This document shows, in pieces, positions 1-5,984 of a DNA stretch of 5,996 nt; within the stretch, counting starts at the first letter, position 1; each line of letters starts with the position of its first letter. The translations under genes were made by a program, and so were the position numbers. A model generated the notes under the pieces. That model worked only from the letters and a program-made list of their open reading frames with translations, was not told where the DNA came from and searched no databases. The DNA lies in IMG/VR virus record IMGVR_UViG_2713896729_000002, positions 1 to 5,996 of that record; one strand, given 5' to 3'. This stretch comes from a virus. Taxonomy: Duplodnaviria; Heunggongvirae; Uroviricota; Caudoviricetes.

Positions 1-330
1 GATGCTGCCATTGCCCGCGCCGATGAAACGATACGCGGGTACATGGGAACGTCAGCCACCATTACATCCGGTGAGCAGTCAGGTGCGGTGATACGTGGTG
101 TTTTTGATGACCCTGAAAATATCAGCTATGCCGGACAGGGCGTGCGCGTTGAAGGCTCCAGCCCGTCCCTGTTTGTCCGGACTGATGATGCGCGGCAGCT
201 GCGGCGTGGAGACACGCTGACCATCGGTGAGGAAAATTTCTGGGTAGATCGGGTTTCGCCGGATGATGGCGGAAGTTGTCATCTCTGGCTTGGACGGGGC
301 GTACCGCCTGCCGTTAACCGTCGCCGCTGA
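1..330 (+). CDS. FII: Lambda-like head-tail joining / tail attachment protein FII; 5' end (about 8 codons) lies outside the window
   Basis: Frame 1 is open from position 1 (DAAIARADETIRGYMGTSATI...) to TGA at 328-330. The translation matches my recollection of phage lambda gpFII, and the gene order FII-Z-U-V follows. The track ORF 43..330 is only the internal-Met version. Confidence 0.85.
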   Translation, partial: DAAIARADETIRGYMGTSATITSGEQSGAVIRGVFDDPENISYAGQGVRVEGSSPSLFVRTDDARQLRRGDTLTIGEENFWVDRVSPDDGGSCHLWLGRGVPPAVNRRR

Positions 331-341
331 AAGGGGGATGT

Positions 342-920
342 ATGGTCATAAAAGGTCTTGAGCAGGCCGTTGAAAACCTCAGCCGTATCAGCAGAACGGC
401 GGTGCCCGGTGCCGCCGCAATGGCCATTAACCGCGTTGCTTCATCCGCGATATCGCAGTCGGCGTCACAGGTTGCCCGTGAGACAAAGGTACGCCGGAAA
501 CTGGTAAAGGAAAGGGCCAGGCTGAAAAGGGCCACGGTCAAAAATCCGCAGGCCAGAATCAGGGTTAACCGGGGGGATTTGCCCGTAATAAAGCTGGGTA
601 ACGCGCGGATTGTCCTGTCCCGACGCAGGCGTCGTAAAAAGGGGCAGCGTTCAGCCCTGAAAGGTGGCGGCAGCGTGCTTGTGGTGGGAAACCGTCGTAT
701 TCCCGGCGCGTTTATTCAGCAACTGAAAAATGGCCGCTGGCATGTCATGCAGCGTGTGGCCGGGAAAAACCGTTACCCCATTGATGTGGTGAAAATCCCG
801 ATGGCGGTGCCGCTGACCACGGCGTTTAAACAGAATATTGAGCGGATACGGCGTGAGCGTCTTCCGAAAGAGCTGGGCTATGCGCTGCAGCATCAACTGA
901 GGATGGTAATAAAGCGATGA
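342..920 (+). CDS. Z: Lambda-like tail completion protein Z (minor tail protein Z), 192 aa
   Basis: ORF 342..920 with a GGGGGA ribosome-binding site 5-10 nt upstream. The protein (MVIKGLEQAVENLSRISRTAVPGAAAMAINRV...) matches lambda gpZ from memory, including the basic RRRRRKKGQR stretch. Its stop overlaps the U start (ATGA at 917-920). Confidence 0.9.
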   Translation: MVIKGLEQAVENLSRISRTAVPGAAAMAINRVASSAISQSASQVARETKVRRKLVKERARLKRATVKNPQARIRVNRGDLPVIKLGNARIVLSRRRRRKKGQRSALKGGGSVLVVGNRRIPGAFIQQLKNGRWHVMQRVAGKNRYPIDVVKIPMAVPLTTAFKQNIERIRRERLPKELGYALQHQLRMVIKR

Positions 921-1312
921 AACATACTGAACTCCGTGCAGCCGTACTGGATGCACTGGAGAAGCATGACACCGGGGCGACGCTTTTTGATGGTCGCCCC
1001 GCTGTTTTTGATGAGGAAGATTTTCCGGCAATTGCCGTTTATCTCACCGGCGCTGAATACACGGGCGAAGAGCTGGACAGCGATACCTGGCAGGCGGAGC
1101 TGCATATCGAAGTTTTCCTGCCTGCTCAGGTGCCGGATTCAGAGCTGGATGCGTGGATGGAGTCCCGGATTTATCCGGTGATGAGCGATATCCCGGCACT
1201 GTCAGATTTGATCACCAGTATGGTGGCCAGTGGCTATGACTACCGGCGCGACGATGATGCGGGCCTGTGGAGTTCAGCCGATCTGACTTATGTCATTACC
1301 TATGAAATGTGA
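917..1312 (+). CDS. U: Lambda-like tail tube terminator protein U (minor tail protein U), 131 aa
   Basis: ORF 917..1312. The protein ([36 protein letters not shown]...) matches lambda gpU from memory. It is translationally coupled to Z through the ATGA overlap. Confidence 0.9.
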
Positions 1313-1319
1313 GGACGCT

Positions 1320-1609
1320 ATGCCTGTACCAAATCCTACAATGCCGGTGAAAGGTGCCGGGACCACCCTGTGGGTTTATAAGGGGAGCGGTGACCCTTAT
1401 GCGAACCCGCTTTCAGACGTTGACTGGTCGCGTCTGGCAAAAGTTAAAGACCTGACGCCCGGCGAACTGACCGCTGAGTCCTATGACGACAGCTATCTCG
1501 ATGATGAAGATGCAGACTGGACTGCGACCGGGCAGGGGCAGAAATCTGCCGGAGATACCAGCTTCACGCTGGCGTGGATGCCCGGAGAGCAGGGGCAGCA
1601 GGCGCTGCT
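1320..1609 (+). CDS. V: Lambda-like major tail tube protein V, N-terminal ~96 codons only; truncated by the N-run at 1610
   Basis: ATG at 1320 is preceded by GAGGA (1311-1315). The translation [36 protein letters not shown]... matches the lambda gpV N-terminus. The track ORF 1290..1682 starts at an upstream in-frame ATG inside U and runs through the N gap into unrelated repeat sequence, so its 3' part is an artefact. Confidence 0.8.
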
Positions 1610-1619
1610 NNNNNNNNNN
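1610..1619. other. Assembly gap (10 N)
   Basis: Run of exactly 10 n. Sequence character changes abruptly across it, from phage V coding sequence to LDR repeat. Confidence 0.95.
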
Positions 1620-1842
1620 ACTTCCACAAGTAAATATTGGCAACCCGAGCTGGAAGCCTCATCCAGAGCACTCATGAAATGACTGTAACAGCTGTTGAAA
1701 AACCGGAATGCACTCTTCATTGCAAACATTTCAGGGATGAAGTGAAGATGAATTGAGTCGTAGTATCCACACCAAGCCGGCGTTATCCGGTGAGGCGCAA
1801 TGTTGCGGGGGCTTTATCCCTGGTGGCATTGGTTGCTGGAAA

Positions 1843-1908
1843 GAGAAAACCCCCGCACGTTGAGAGGTACAACCTGACAACAGAACGGGGGCTAATCTTG
1901 AACCAGAA
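1843..1908 (-). ncRNA. rdl: Rdl-like cis-antisense RNA (antitoxin of Ldr), copy 1; coordinates approximate
   Basis: In characterised ldr/rdl loci the ~66-nt Rdl RNA lies about 50-115 nt upstream of the ldr ATG on the opposite strand. At that position the minus strand has a hairpin (CCCCCG 1850-1855 pairing with CGGGGG 1886-1891) followed by a minus-strand U-tract (plus aagagaaaa 1841-1849), which fits an intrinsic terminator at the predicted 3' end. A weak minus-strand promoter-like TTGTAA-N17-TATTCT lies just upstream (plus ~1912-1940). Confidence 0.5.
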
Positions 1909-1956
1909 CAATTCAAGAATAGCCGCAAAATGTTGTCATTACAACAAGGCGGCTAT

Positions 1957-2064
1957 ATGACGCTCGCGCAGTTTGCCATGATTTTCTGGGACGACCTGGC
2001 AGCACCGATCCTGGCGGGAATTATTACCGCAGCGATTGTCGGCTGGTGGCGTAACCGGAAGTAA
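1957..2064 (+). CDS. ldr: Ldr-family type I toxin peptide, 35 aa (MTLAQFAMIFWDDLAAPILAGIITAAIVGWWRNRK)
   Basis: ATG at 1957, TAA at 2062-2064. It is a small hydrophobic peptide with a basic C-terminus (WWRNRK), recognised as the E. coli LdrA-D family. It is not in the supplied ORF track because it is too short. Confidence 0.8.
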   Translation: MTLAQFAMIFWDDLAAPILAGIITAAIVGWWRNRK

Positions 2065-2113
2065 GGTGAAAACGGGCGTCAGGCTGCCGTGATGGCAATA
2101 TGCGCCCGAAACC

Positions 2114-2147
2114 GGCCGCAGGGGTAACAGCCTGCGGCCATTTTTGT
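2114..2147 (+). terminator. Rho-independent terminator downstream of ldr copy 1
   Basis: Perfect 9-bp stem GGCCGCAGG (2114-2122) pairing with CCTGCGGCC (2131-2139), an 8-nt loop, then ATTTTTGTCTTT. Confidence 0.65.
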
Positions 2148-2377
2148 CTTTATCTCTTCCACAAGTAAATATTGGCAACCCGAGCTGGAAGCATCATCCA
2201 GAGCACTCATGAAACGACTGCAACAGCTGTTGAAAAGCCGGAATGTACTCTTTATTGCAAACATTTCAGGGATGAAGTGAAGATGAATTGAGAAGTAGTA
2301 TCCACACCAAGCCGGAATTATCCGGTGAGGCGCAATGTTGCGGGGGCTTTATCCCTGGTGGCATTGGTTGCTGGAAA

Positions 2378-2443
2378 GAGAAAACCCCCGCACGTTGAGA
2401 GGTAAAACCTGACAACAGAACGGGGGCTAATCTTGAAACCAGA
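2378..2443 (-). ncRNA. rdl: Rdl-like cis-antisense RNA, copy 2; coordinates approximate
   Basis: Same hairpin plus U-tract architecture as copy 1, shifted by 535 bp (CCCCCG ... CGGGGG around 2385-2426). Confidence 0.5.
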
Positions 2444-2491
2444 CACTTCAAGAATAGCCGCAAAATGTTGTCATTACAACAAGGCGGCTAT

Positions 2492-2599
2492 ATGACGCTC
2501 GCGCAGTTTGCCATGATTTTCTGGCACGACCTGGCAGCACCGATCCTGGCGGGGATTATTACCGCAGCGATTGTCAGCTGGTGGCGTAACCGGAAGTAA
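2492..2599 (+). CDS. ldr: Ldr-family type I toxin peptide, 35 aa (MTLAQFAMIFWHDLAAPILAGIITAAIVSWWRNRK)
   Basis: ATG at 2492, TAA at 2597-2599. It differs from copy 1 at two residues (D12H, G29S). Confidence 0.8.
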   Translation: MTLAQFAMIFWHDLAAPILAGIITAAIVSWWRNRK

Positions 2600-2638
2600 G
2601 GTGAAAACGGGCGTCAGGCTGCCGTGATGGCAATATGC

Positions 2639-2648
2639 NNNNNNNNNN
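2639..2648. other. Assembly gap (10 N)
   Basis: Run of 10 n that truncates LDR copy 2 at the point equivalent to 2104 in copy 1. It lies 258 bp upstream of the gltX start. Confidence 0.95.
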
Positions 2649-2813
2649 CCGCTGTGTGGAGTCGCATTATAGGGAGAGTTCAAAATGAGTCAACGCATTT
2701 TCTAAAGAAATTGTTCGTTCGTCGTAAATTTAAGCAAGATGATCGCAAAACAGACCGTGTTGCGCAATTTGTCAACGAAAACAATAATGCGTAAGGTAGA
2801 AACCCGAACTACA

Positions 2814-2841
2814 TTGAGGAATCAGGCGGGAGTGATAGAAT
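2814..2841 (+). promoter_or_regulatory. Putative sigma70 promoter for gltX (TTGAGG, 16-bp spacer, extended -10 TGaTAGAAT)
   Basis: -35-like TTGAGG at 2814-2819 and TG-extended -10 TAGAAT at 2836-2841. AAGG Shine-Dalgarno at 2895-2898 precedes the ATG at 2907. This is a motif-only call. Confidence 0.3.
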
Positions 2842-2906
2842 ATCGCCCACTCAATTTTTCCAGGATTTGCCGGTTGTCGGCATCTTTCTAAACGTAAGGC
2901 CATTTC

Positions 2907-4322
2907 ATGAAAATCAAAACTCGCTTCGCGCCAAGCCCAACAGGCTATCTGCACGTTGGCGGCGCGCGTACTGCTCTTTACTCCTGGCTTTTTGCACGTA
3001 ACCACGGCGGTGAGTTCGTGCTGCGTATTGAAGACACCGATCTTGAGCGTTCCACGCCGGAAGCTATCGAAGCCATTATGGATGGCATGAACTGGCTGAG
3101 CCTGGAGTGGGATGAAGGTCCGTACTACCAGACCAAACGTTTTGATCGCTACAACGCGGTGATCGATCAGATGCTGGAAGAGGGCACTGCTTATAAATGC
3201 TATTGCTCTAAAGAGCGCCTGGAAGCGCTGCGCGAAGAGCAAATGGCGAAAGGTGAGAAGCCGCGTTATGACGGTCGCTGCCGCCACAGCCATGAGCATC
3301 ATGCTGATGATGAACCGTGTGTTGTACGTTTTGCTAACCCGCAGGAAGGTTCTGTTGTTTTTGACGATCAGATCCGTGGTCCGATCGAGTTCAGCAACCA
3401 GGAACTGGACGATCTTATTATCCGCCGTACCGATGGTTCCCCAACCTATAACTTCTGTGTGGTTGTCGATGACTGGGATATGGAAATCACCCACGTTATC
3501 CGTGGCGAAGACCATATCAACAACACGCCACGCCAGATCAACATTCTTAAGGCCCTGAAAGCGCCGGTGCCGGTTTACGCGCACGTTTCTATGATCAATG
3601 GCGATGACGGTAAAAAACTGTCCAAACGTCACGGGGCAGTCAGCGTAATGCAGTATCGTGATGACGGTTATTTGCCAGAAGCACTGCTGAACTATCTGGT
3701 GCGTCTGGGCTGGTCCCACGGCGATCAGGAAATCTTCACTCGTGAAGAGATGATCAAATACTTCACTTTGAATGCCGTCAGCAAATCTGCCAGTGCGTTC
3801 AACACCGACAAGCTGCTGTGGCTGAACCATCACTACATTAACGCGCTGCCGCCGGAGTATGTTGCTACTCACTTACAGTGGCACATTGAGCAGGAAAATA
3901 TCGATACCCGTAACGGCCCGCAGCTGGCTGATCTGGTGAAACTGCTGGGCGAACGCTGCAAGACGCTGAAAGAGATGGCACAGAGCTGCCGTTATTTCTA
4001 CGAAGATTTTGCTGAGTTCGATGCCGACGCCGCGAAAAAACATCTGCGTCCGGTAGCGCGTCAGCCGCTGGAAGTGGTTCGTGACAAACTGGCCGCGATT
4101 ACTGACTGGACCGCTGAAAACGTTCATCACGCTATTCAGGCGACGGCGGATGAGCTGGAAGTGGGTATGGGTAAAGTTGGTATGCCGCTGCGTGTCGCCG
4201 TAACCGGTGCGGGGCAGTCTCCAGCACTGGATGTTACCGTTCACGCAATTGGTAAGACCCGCAGTATCGAGCGTATCAACAAAGCGCTGGATTTTATTGC
4301 TGAACGCGAAAATCAGCAGTAA
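2907..4322 (+). CDS. gltX: Glutamyl-tRNA synthetase (class I aminoacyl-tRNA synthetase), 471 aa
   Basis: ORF 2907..4322. It has the class I HIGH-type motif ([19 protein letters not shown]), a KMSKS-type motif (KLSKR), and the Zn-binding Cys/His cluster (CYC...CRH). Length and sequence match E. coli GltX as I recall it. Confidence 0.97.
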
Positions 4323-4335
4323 TTAGCGTGTAAAA

Positions 4336-4372
4336 AGATAAACGGCAGGAGATAATATCCTGCCGTTTTTTA
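4336..4372. terminator. Bidirectional rho-independent terminator between convergent gltX and yfeD
   Basis: Perfect 10-bp stem AACGGCAGGA (4341-4350) pairing with TCCTGCCGTT (4358-4367), loop GATAATA, followed by TTTTTTATTTA on the plus strand and preceded by TAAAAAGATA, which gives a U-tract for the minus-strand transcript. Confidence 0.75.
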
Positions 4373-4373
4373 T

Positions 4374-4658
4374 TTATGCTGATTCGTCAATATCGAGACG
4401 GGCGAGGAAATTGCGAATTCCTTCACGTGACAAAAATTGCGCGACTTTTTCCTGCTCAATGTCTGTCATATTATCTATCGCGTTGATGATTTGTCGATAC
4501 GCCGGGGCGCGTGCTCCAGGAGCGTATTCAGCAATTCTCTCTTCAGCTTCCATCAACATTGGTGTGTTATGGAAGGCTGGCGTGTTCTGAATAAACTCGC
4601 AAACTTGCGTATCGACCAGAATAAGTCTGGCACGACCGCCTTTCACGCCGGGAAATTT
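4374..4658 (-). pseudogene. yfeD: yfeD-like small DNA-binding protein (DUF1323), C-terminal ~94 codons; reading frame interrupted at 4658/4659 by an IS insertion
   Basis: Minus-strand frame is open from the stop at 4374-4376 up to 4658 (...KFPGVKGGRARLILVDTQVCEF...DIDESA). The track ORF 4374..4646 starts at GTG, which is an internal Val of the native protein as I recall it (...GWKTEKFPGVKGG...). Convergent placement next to gltX matches E. coli synteny. The N-terminal part continues on the far side of the IS (5985-5996 encodes WKTE on the minus strand, in frame). Confidence 0.6.
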
Positions 4659-4664
4659 AATGAG

Positions 4665-4676
4665 ATGGTCACTCCC
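4665..4676. repeat. Left subterminal inverted repeat of the IS (ATGGTCACTCCC)
   Basis: Exact reverse complement of 5970-5981. Confidence 0.7.
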
Positions 4677-4724
4677 TCCTTCCCGGTACTATGCTGAGGA
4701 CAGGCTTTCATTCGGAGAACTATC

Positions 4725-5729
4725 ATGGAAAACATTGCGCTCATTGGTATCGATCTGGGTAAAAACTCTTTCCATATTCATTGCCAGGATCGTCGCGGGA
4801 AGGCTGTTTACCGTAAAAAATTTACCCGGCCAAAGTTGATCGAATTTTTGGCGACATGCCCCGCTACAACCATCGCAATGGAAGCCTGTGGCGGTTCTCA
4901 CTTTATGGCACGCAAGTTGGAAGAGTTGGGGCATTCCCCAAAGCTGATATCACCACAATTTGTCCGCCCGTTCGTTAAAAGCAATAAAAACGACTTTGTC
5001 GACGCCGAAGCTATTTGTGAAGCTGCATCGCGTCCGTCTATGCGTTTTGTGCAGCCCAGAACGGAATCTCAGCAGGCAATGCGGGCTCTGCATCGTGTCC
5101 GTGAATCCCTGGTTCAGGATAAGGTAAAAACAACCAATCAAATGCATGCTTTTCTGCTGGAATTTGGCATTAGCGTTCCCCGAGGAGCTGCCGTTATTAG
5201 CCGACTGAGTACCATTCTTGAGGATAATAGTTTGCCTCTTTACCTCAGCCAGTTATTGCTGAAATTACAACAGCATTATCACTATCTTGTTGAGCAGATT
5301 AAAGATTTGGAATCCCAGTTGAAACGAAAGTTGGACGAAGATGAGGTTGGACAGCGCTTGCTGAGCATTCCCTGCGTCGGAACACTGACAGCGAGTACTA
5401 TTTCAACTGAGATTGGCGACGGGAAGCAGTACGCCAGCAGCCGTGACTTTGCGGCGGCAACAGGGCTTGTACCTCGGCAGTACAGCACGGGAGGTAGGAC
5501 GACATTGCTGGGAATTAGTAAGCGAGGTAATAAAAAGATCCGAACTTTGTTGGTTCAATGTGCCAGGGTATTCATACAAAAACTGGAACACCAGTCTGGC
5601 AAATTGGCCGATTGGGTCAGGGATTTACTGTGCCGGAAAAGCAACTTTGTCGTCACTTGTGCTCTGGCAAACAAGCTGGCCAGAATAGCCTGGGCCCTAA
5701 CGGCACGACAGCAAACTTATGTAGCATAA
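4725..5729 (+). CDS. IS110-family transposase / DEDD recombinase, 334 aa
   Basis: ORF 4725..5729 with GGAGA ribosome-binding site 7 nt upstream. N-terminal MENIALIGIDLGKNSF has the conserved RuvC-like catalytic Asp (DEDD_Tnp_IS110 type). The C-terminal region has the Transposase_20-type signature (IPCVGTLTASTISTEIGDGKQYASSRDFAAATGLVPRQYSTGG). Confidence 0.9.
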   Translation: MENIALIGIDLGKNSFHIHCQDRRGKAVYRKKFTRPKLIEFLATCPATTIAMEACGGSHFMARKLEELGHSPKLISPQFVRPFVKSNKNDFVDAEAICEAASRPSMRFVQPRTESQQAMRALHRVRESLVQDKVKTTNQMHAFLLEFGISVPRGAAVISRLSTILEDNSLPLYLSQLLLKLQQHYHYLVEQIKDLESQLKRKLDEDEVGQRLLSIPCVGTLTASTISTEIGDGKQYASSRDFAAATGLVPRQYSTGGRTTLLGISKRGNKKIRTLLVQCARVFIQKLEHQSGKLADWVRDLLCRKSNFVVTCALANKLARIAWALTARQQTYVA

Positions 5730-5969
5730 CGGCAGAAATACACCGGTTTAAAGAATTACTGATCTGGTTTTGCGAATACTGATATTGATGATACTAACGG
5801 CCCACCGGCCTGTTGAGGAACCTGTAAAACGGAAAGGCTCATTGAAGCCGTATATTTTCTGGAGGTTCATCAGGCGCGGAACTCATCAAGGCGCGGGAAT
5901 AAAATCCCATTCAGACGCCGGATAGATTCAAGCAAGCCAACTTGTCGTCAAAATCGGTGTTGCAAAAAC
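5730..5969 (+). ncRNA. Putative IS-encoded guide RNA (seekRNA / bridge-RNA-like) in the non-coding right end of the IS; boundaries unknown
   Basis: 240 bp between the transposase stop and the right inverted repeat has no ORF of 60 aa or more that lies wholly inside it. It contains AAAACGGAAA (5826-5835), the reverse complement of target flank TTTCCGTTTT, followed 2 nt later by CTCATT (5838-5843), the reverse complement of the IS left terminal hexamer AATGAG. It also has an imperfect direct repeat, CATCAGGCGCGGAA (5869-5882) and CATCAAGGCGCGGGAA (5885-5900). IS110/IS1111 elements are known to encode such RNAs in their long non-coding end. Confidence 0.35.
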
Positions 5970-5981
5970 GGGAGTGACCAT
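5970..5981. repeat. Right subterminal inverted repeat of the IS (GGGAGTGACCAT)
   Basis: Exact reverse complement of 4665-4676, 3 bp from the inferred right end. Confidence 0.7.
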
Positions 5982-5984
5982 AGA

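Larger units (their letters stand above)
1620..2155 (+). repeat. LDR (long direct repeat) unit, copy 1, carrying an ldr/rdl type I toxin-antitoxin locus
   Basis: 1621-2103 aligns base for base, with scattered substitutions, to 2156-2638 at a 535-bp offset (for example cttccacaagtaaatattggcaacccgagctggaagc at 1621 and 2156). The left boundary is undefined because of the gap. Confidence 0.85.
2156..2638 (+). repeat. LDR unit, copy 2; 3' end lost in the N gap
   Basis: Direct repeat of 1621-2103 at a 535-bp offset. Diagnostic substitutions (gaagcCtcatcc vs gaagcAtcatcc; gaaaTgactgTaac vs gaaaCgactgCaac) show two real paralogous copies rather than an assembly duplication. Confidence 0.85.
4659..5984 (+). 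mobile_element. IS110/IS1111-family insertion sequence, ~1326 bp (ends +/- 2 bp), inserted in yfeD
   Basis: A DEDD-type transposase CDS is flanked by perfect 12-bp inverted repeats set 6 bp in from the left end and 3 bp in from the right end. The yfeD reading frame is restored exactly if 4659-5984 is removed. The short left end (66 bp before the ATG) and long non-coding right end (255 bp) are the IS1111-group layout. Size and subterminal inverted repeats resemble IS4321/IS5075-type elements from memory. Confidence 0.7.

Noticed and set aside
79-1181. Small ORFs overlapping the lambda tail genes (79..282 -, 314..541 -, 651..1031 -, 893..1105 -, 936..1181 +)
   Set aside because: They are embedded in or antisense to FII, Z and U, which are clearly recognised lambda genes. 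No independent support.
1290-1729. ORFs whose translations contain XXXX (1290..1682 3' part, 1413..1643, 1483..1677, 1493..1729; also 2474..2683)
   Set aside because: They read through the 10-N assembly gaps and fuse unrelated sequence. Only the 1320-1609 portion of V is real coding sequence.
1720-1766. Candidate ldr promoter (TTGCAA at 1720-1725 with downstream A/T-rich hexamers)
   Set aside because: No convincing -10 at proper spacing could be found by eye, so the ldr transcription start is left unannotated.
1731-2463. Minus-strand ORFs inside the LDR units (1731..1928 and 2266..2463 at 65 aa; 1939..2178, 2079..2264)
   Set aside because: Their conservation between copies is just the DNA repeat. 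They overlap the ldr leader and the predicted Rdl RNA region, they are Pro/Ser/Cys-rich with low-complexity composition, and they have no ribosome-binding site. A non-coding antisense RNA explains the region better.
1620-2638. Possibility that the regular tandem repeat is a CRISPR array or an assembly duplication
   Set aside because: The repeat period is ~535 bp with no short repeat/spacer alternation, and each unit carries a toxin ORF and antisense RNA signals. The copies differ by multiple substitutions, so this is not a duplicated contig end.
2772-3872. 366-aa ORF on the minus strand, the second-longest ORF in the window
   Set aside because: It is entirely antisense to gltX, whose plus-strand product has clear class I aminoacyl-tRNA synthetase motifs. 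It has no recognisable motifs or ribosome-binding site, and long antisense ORFs are a common artefact opposite highly expressed genes.
3253-4244. ORFs 3253..3558 (+, 101 aa) and 3873..4244 (-, 123 aa) inside gltX
   Set aside because: One is an alternate frame and the other is antisense within gltX. Neither has support.
4374-4646. Treating the track ORF 4374..4646 (GTG start) as an intact 90-aa gene
   Set aside because: The frame stays open upstream to 4658 and resumes in frame at 5985 (WKTE). The GTG is an internal Val codon of a longer yfeD-like protein split by the IS, so it is annotated as an interrupted gene.
4437-5782. Short ORFs antisense to or nested in yfeD and the transposase (4437..4697 +, 4689..4934 -, 4950..5147 -, 5282..5488 -, 5403..5591 -, 5413..5688 +, 5558..5782 +)
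   Set aside because: All overlap the well-supported transposase or yfeD frames and have no motifs or start signals. ORF 5558..5782 only enters the IS right end by 53 bp and is out of frame with the transposase.
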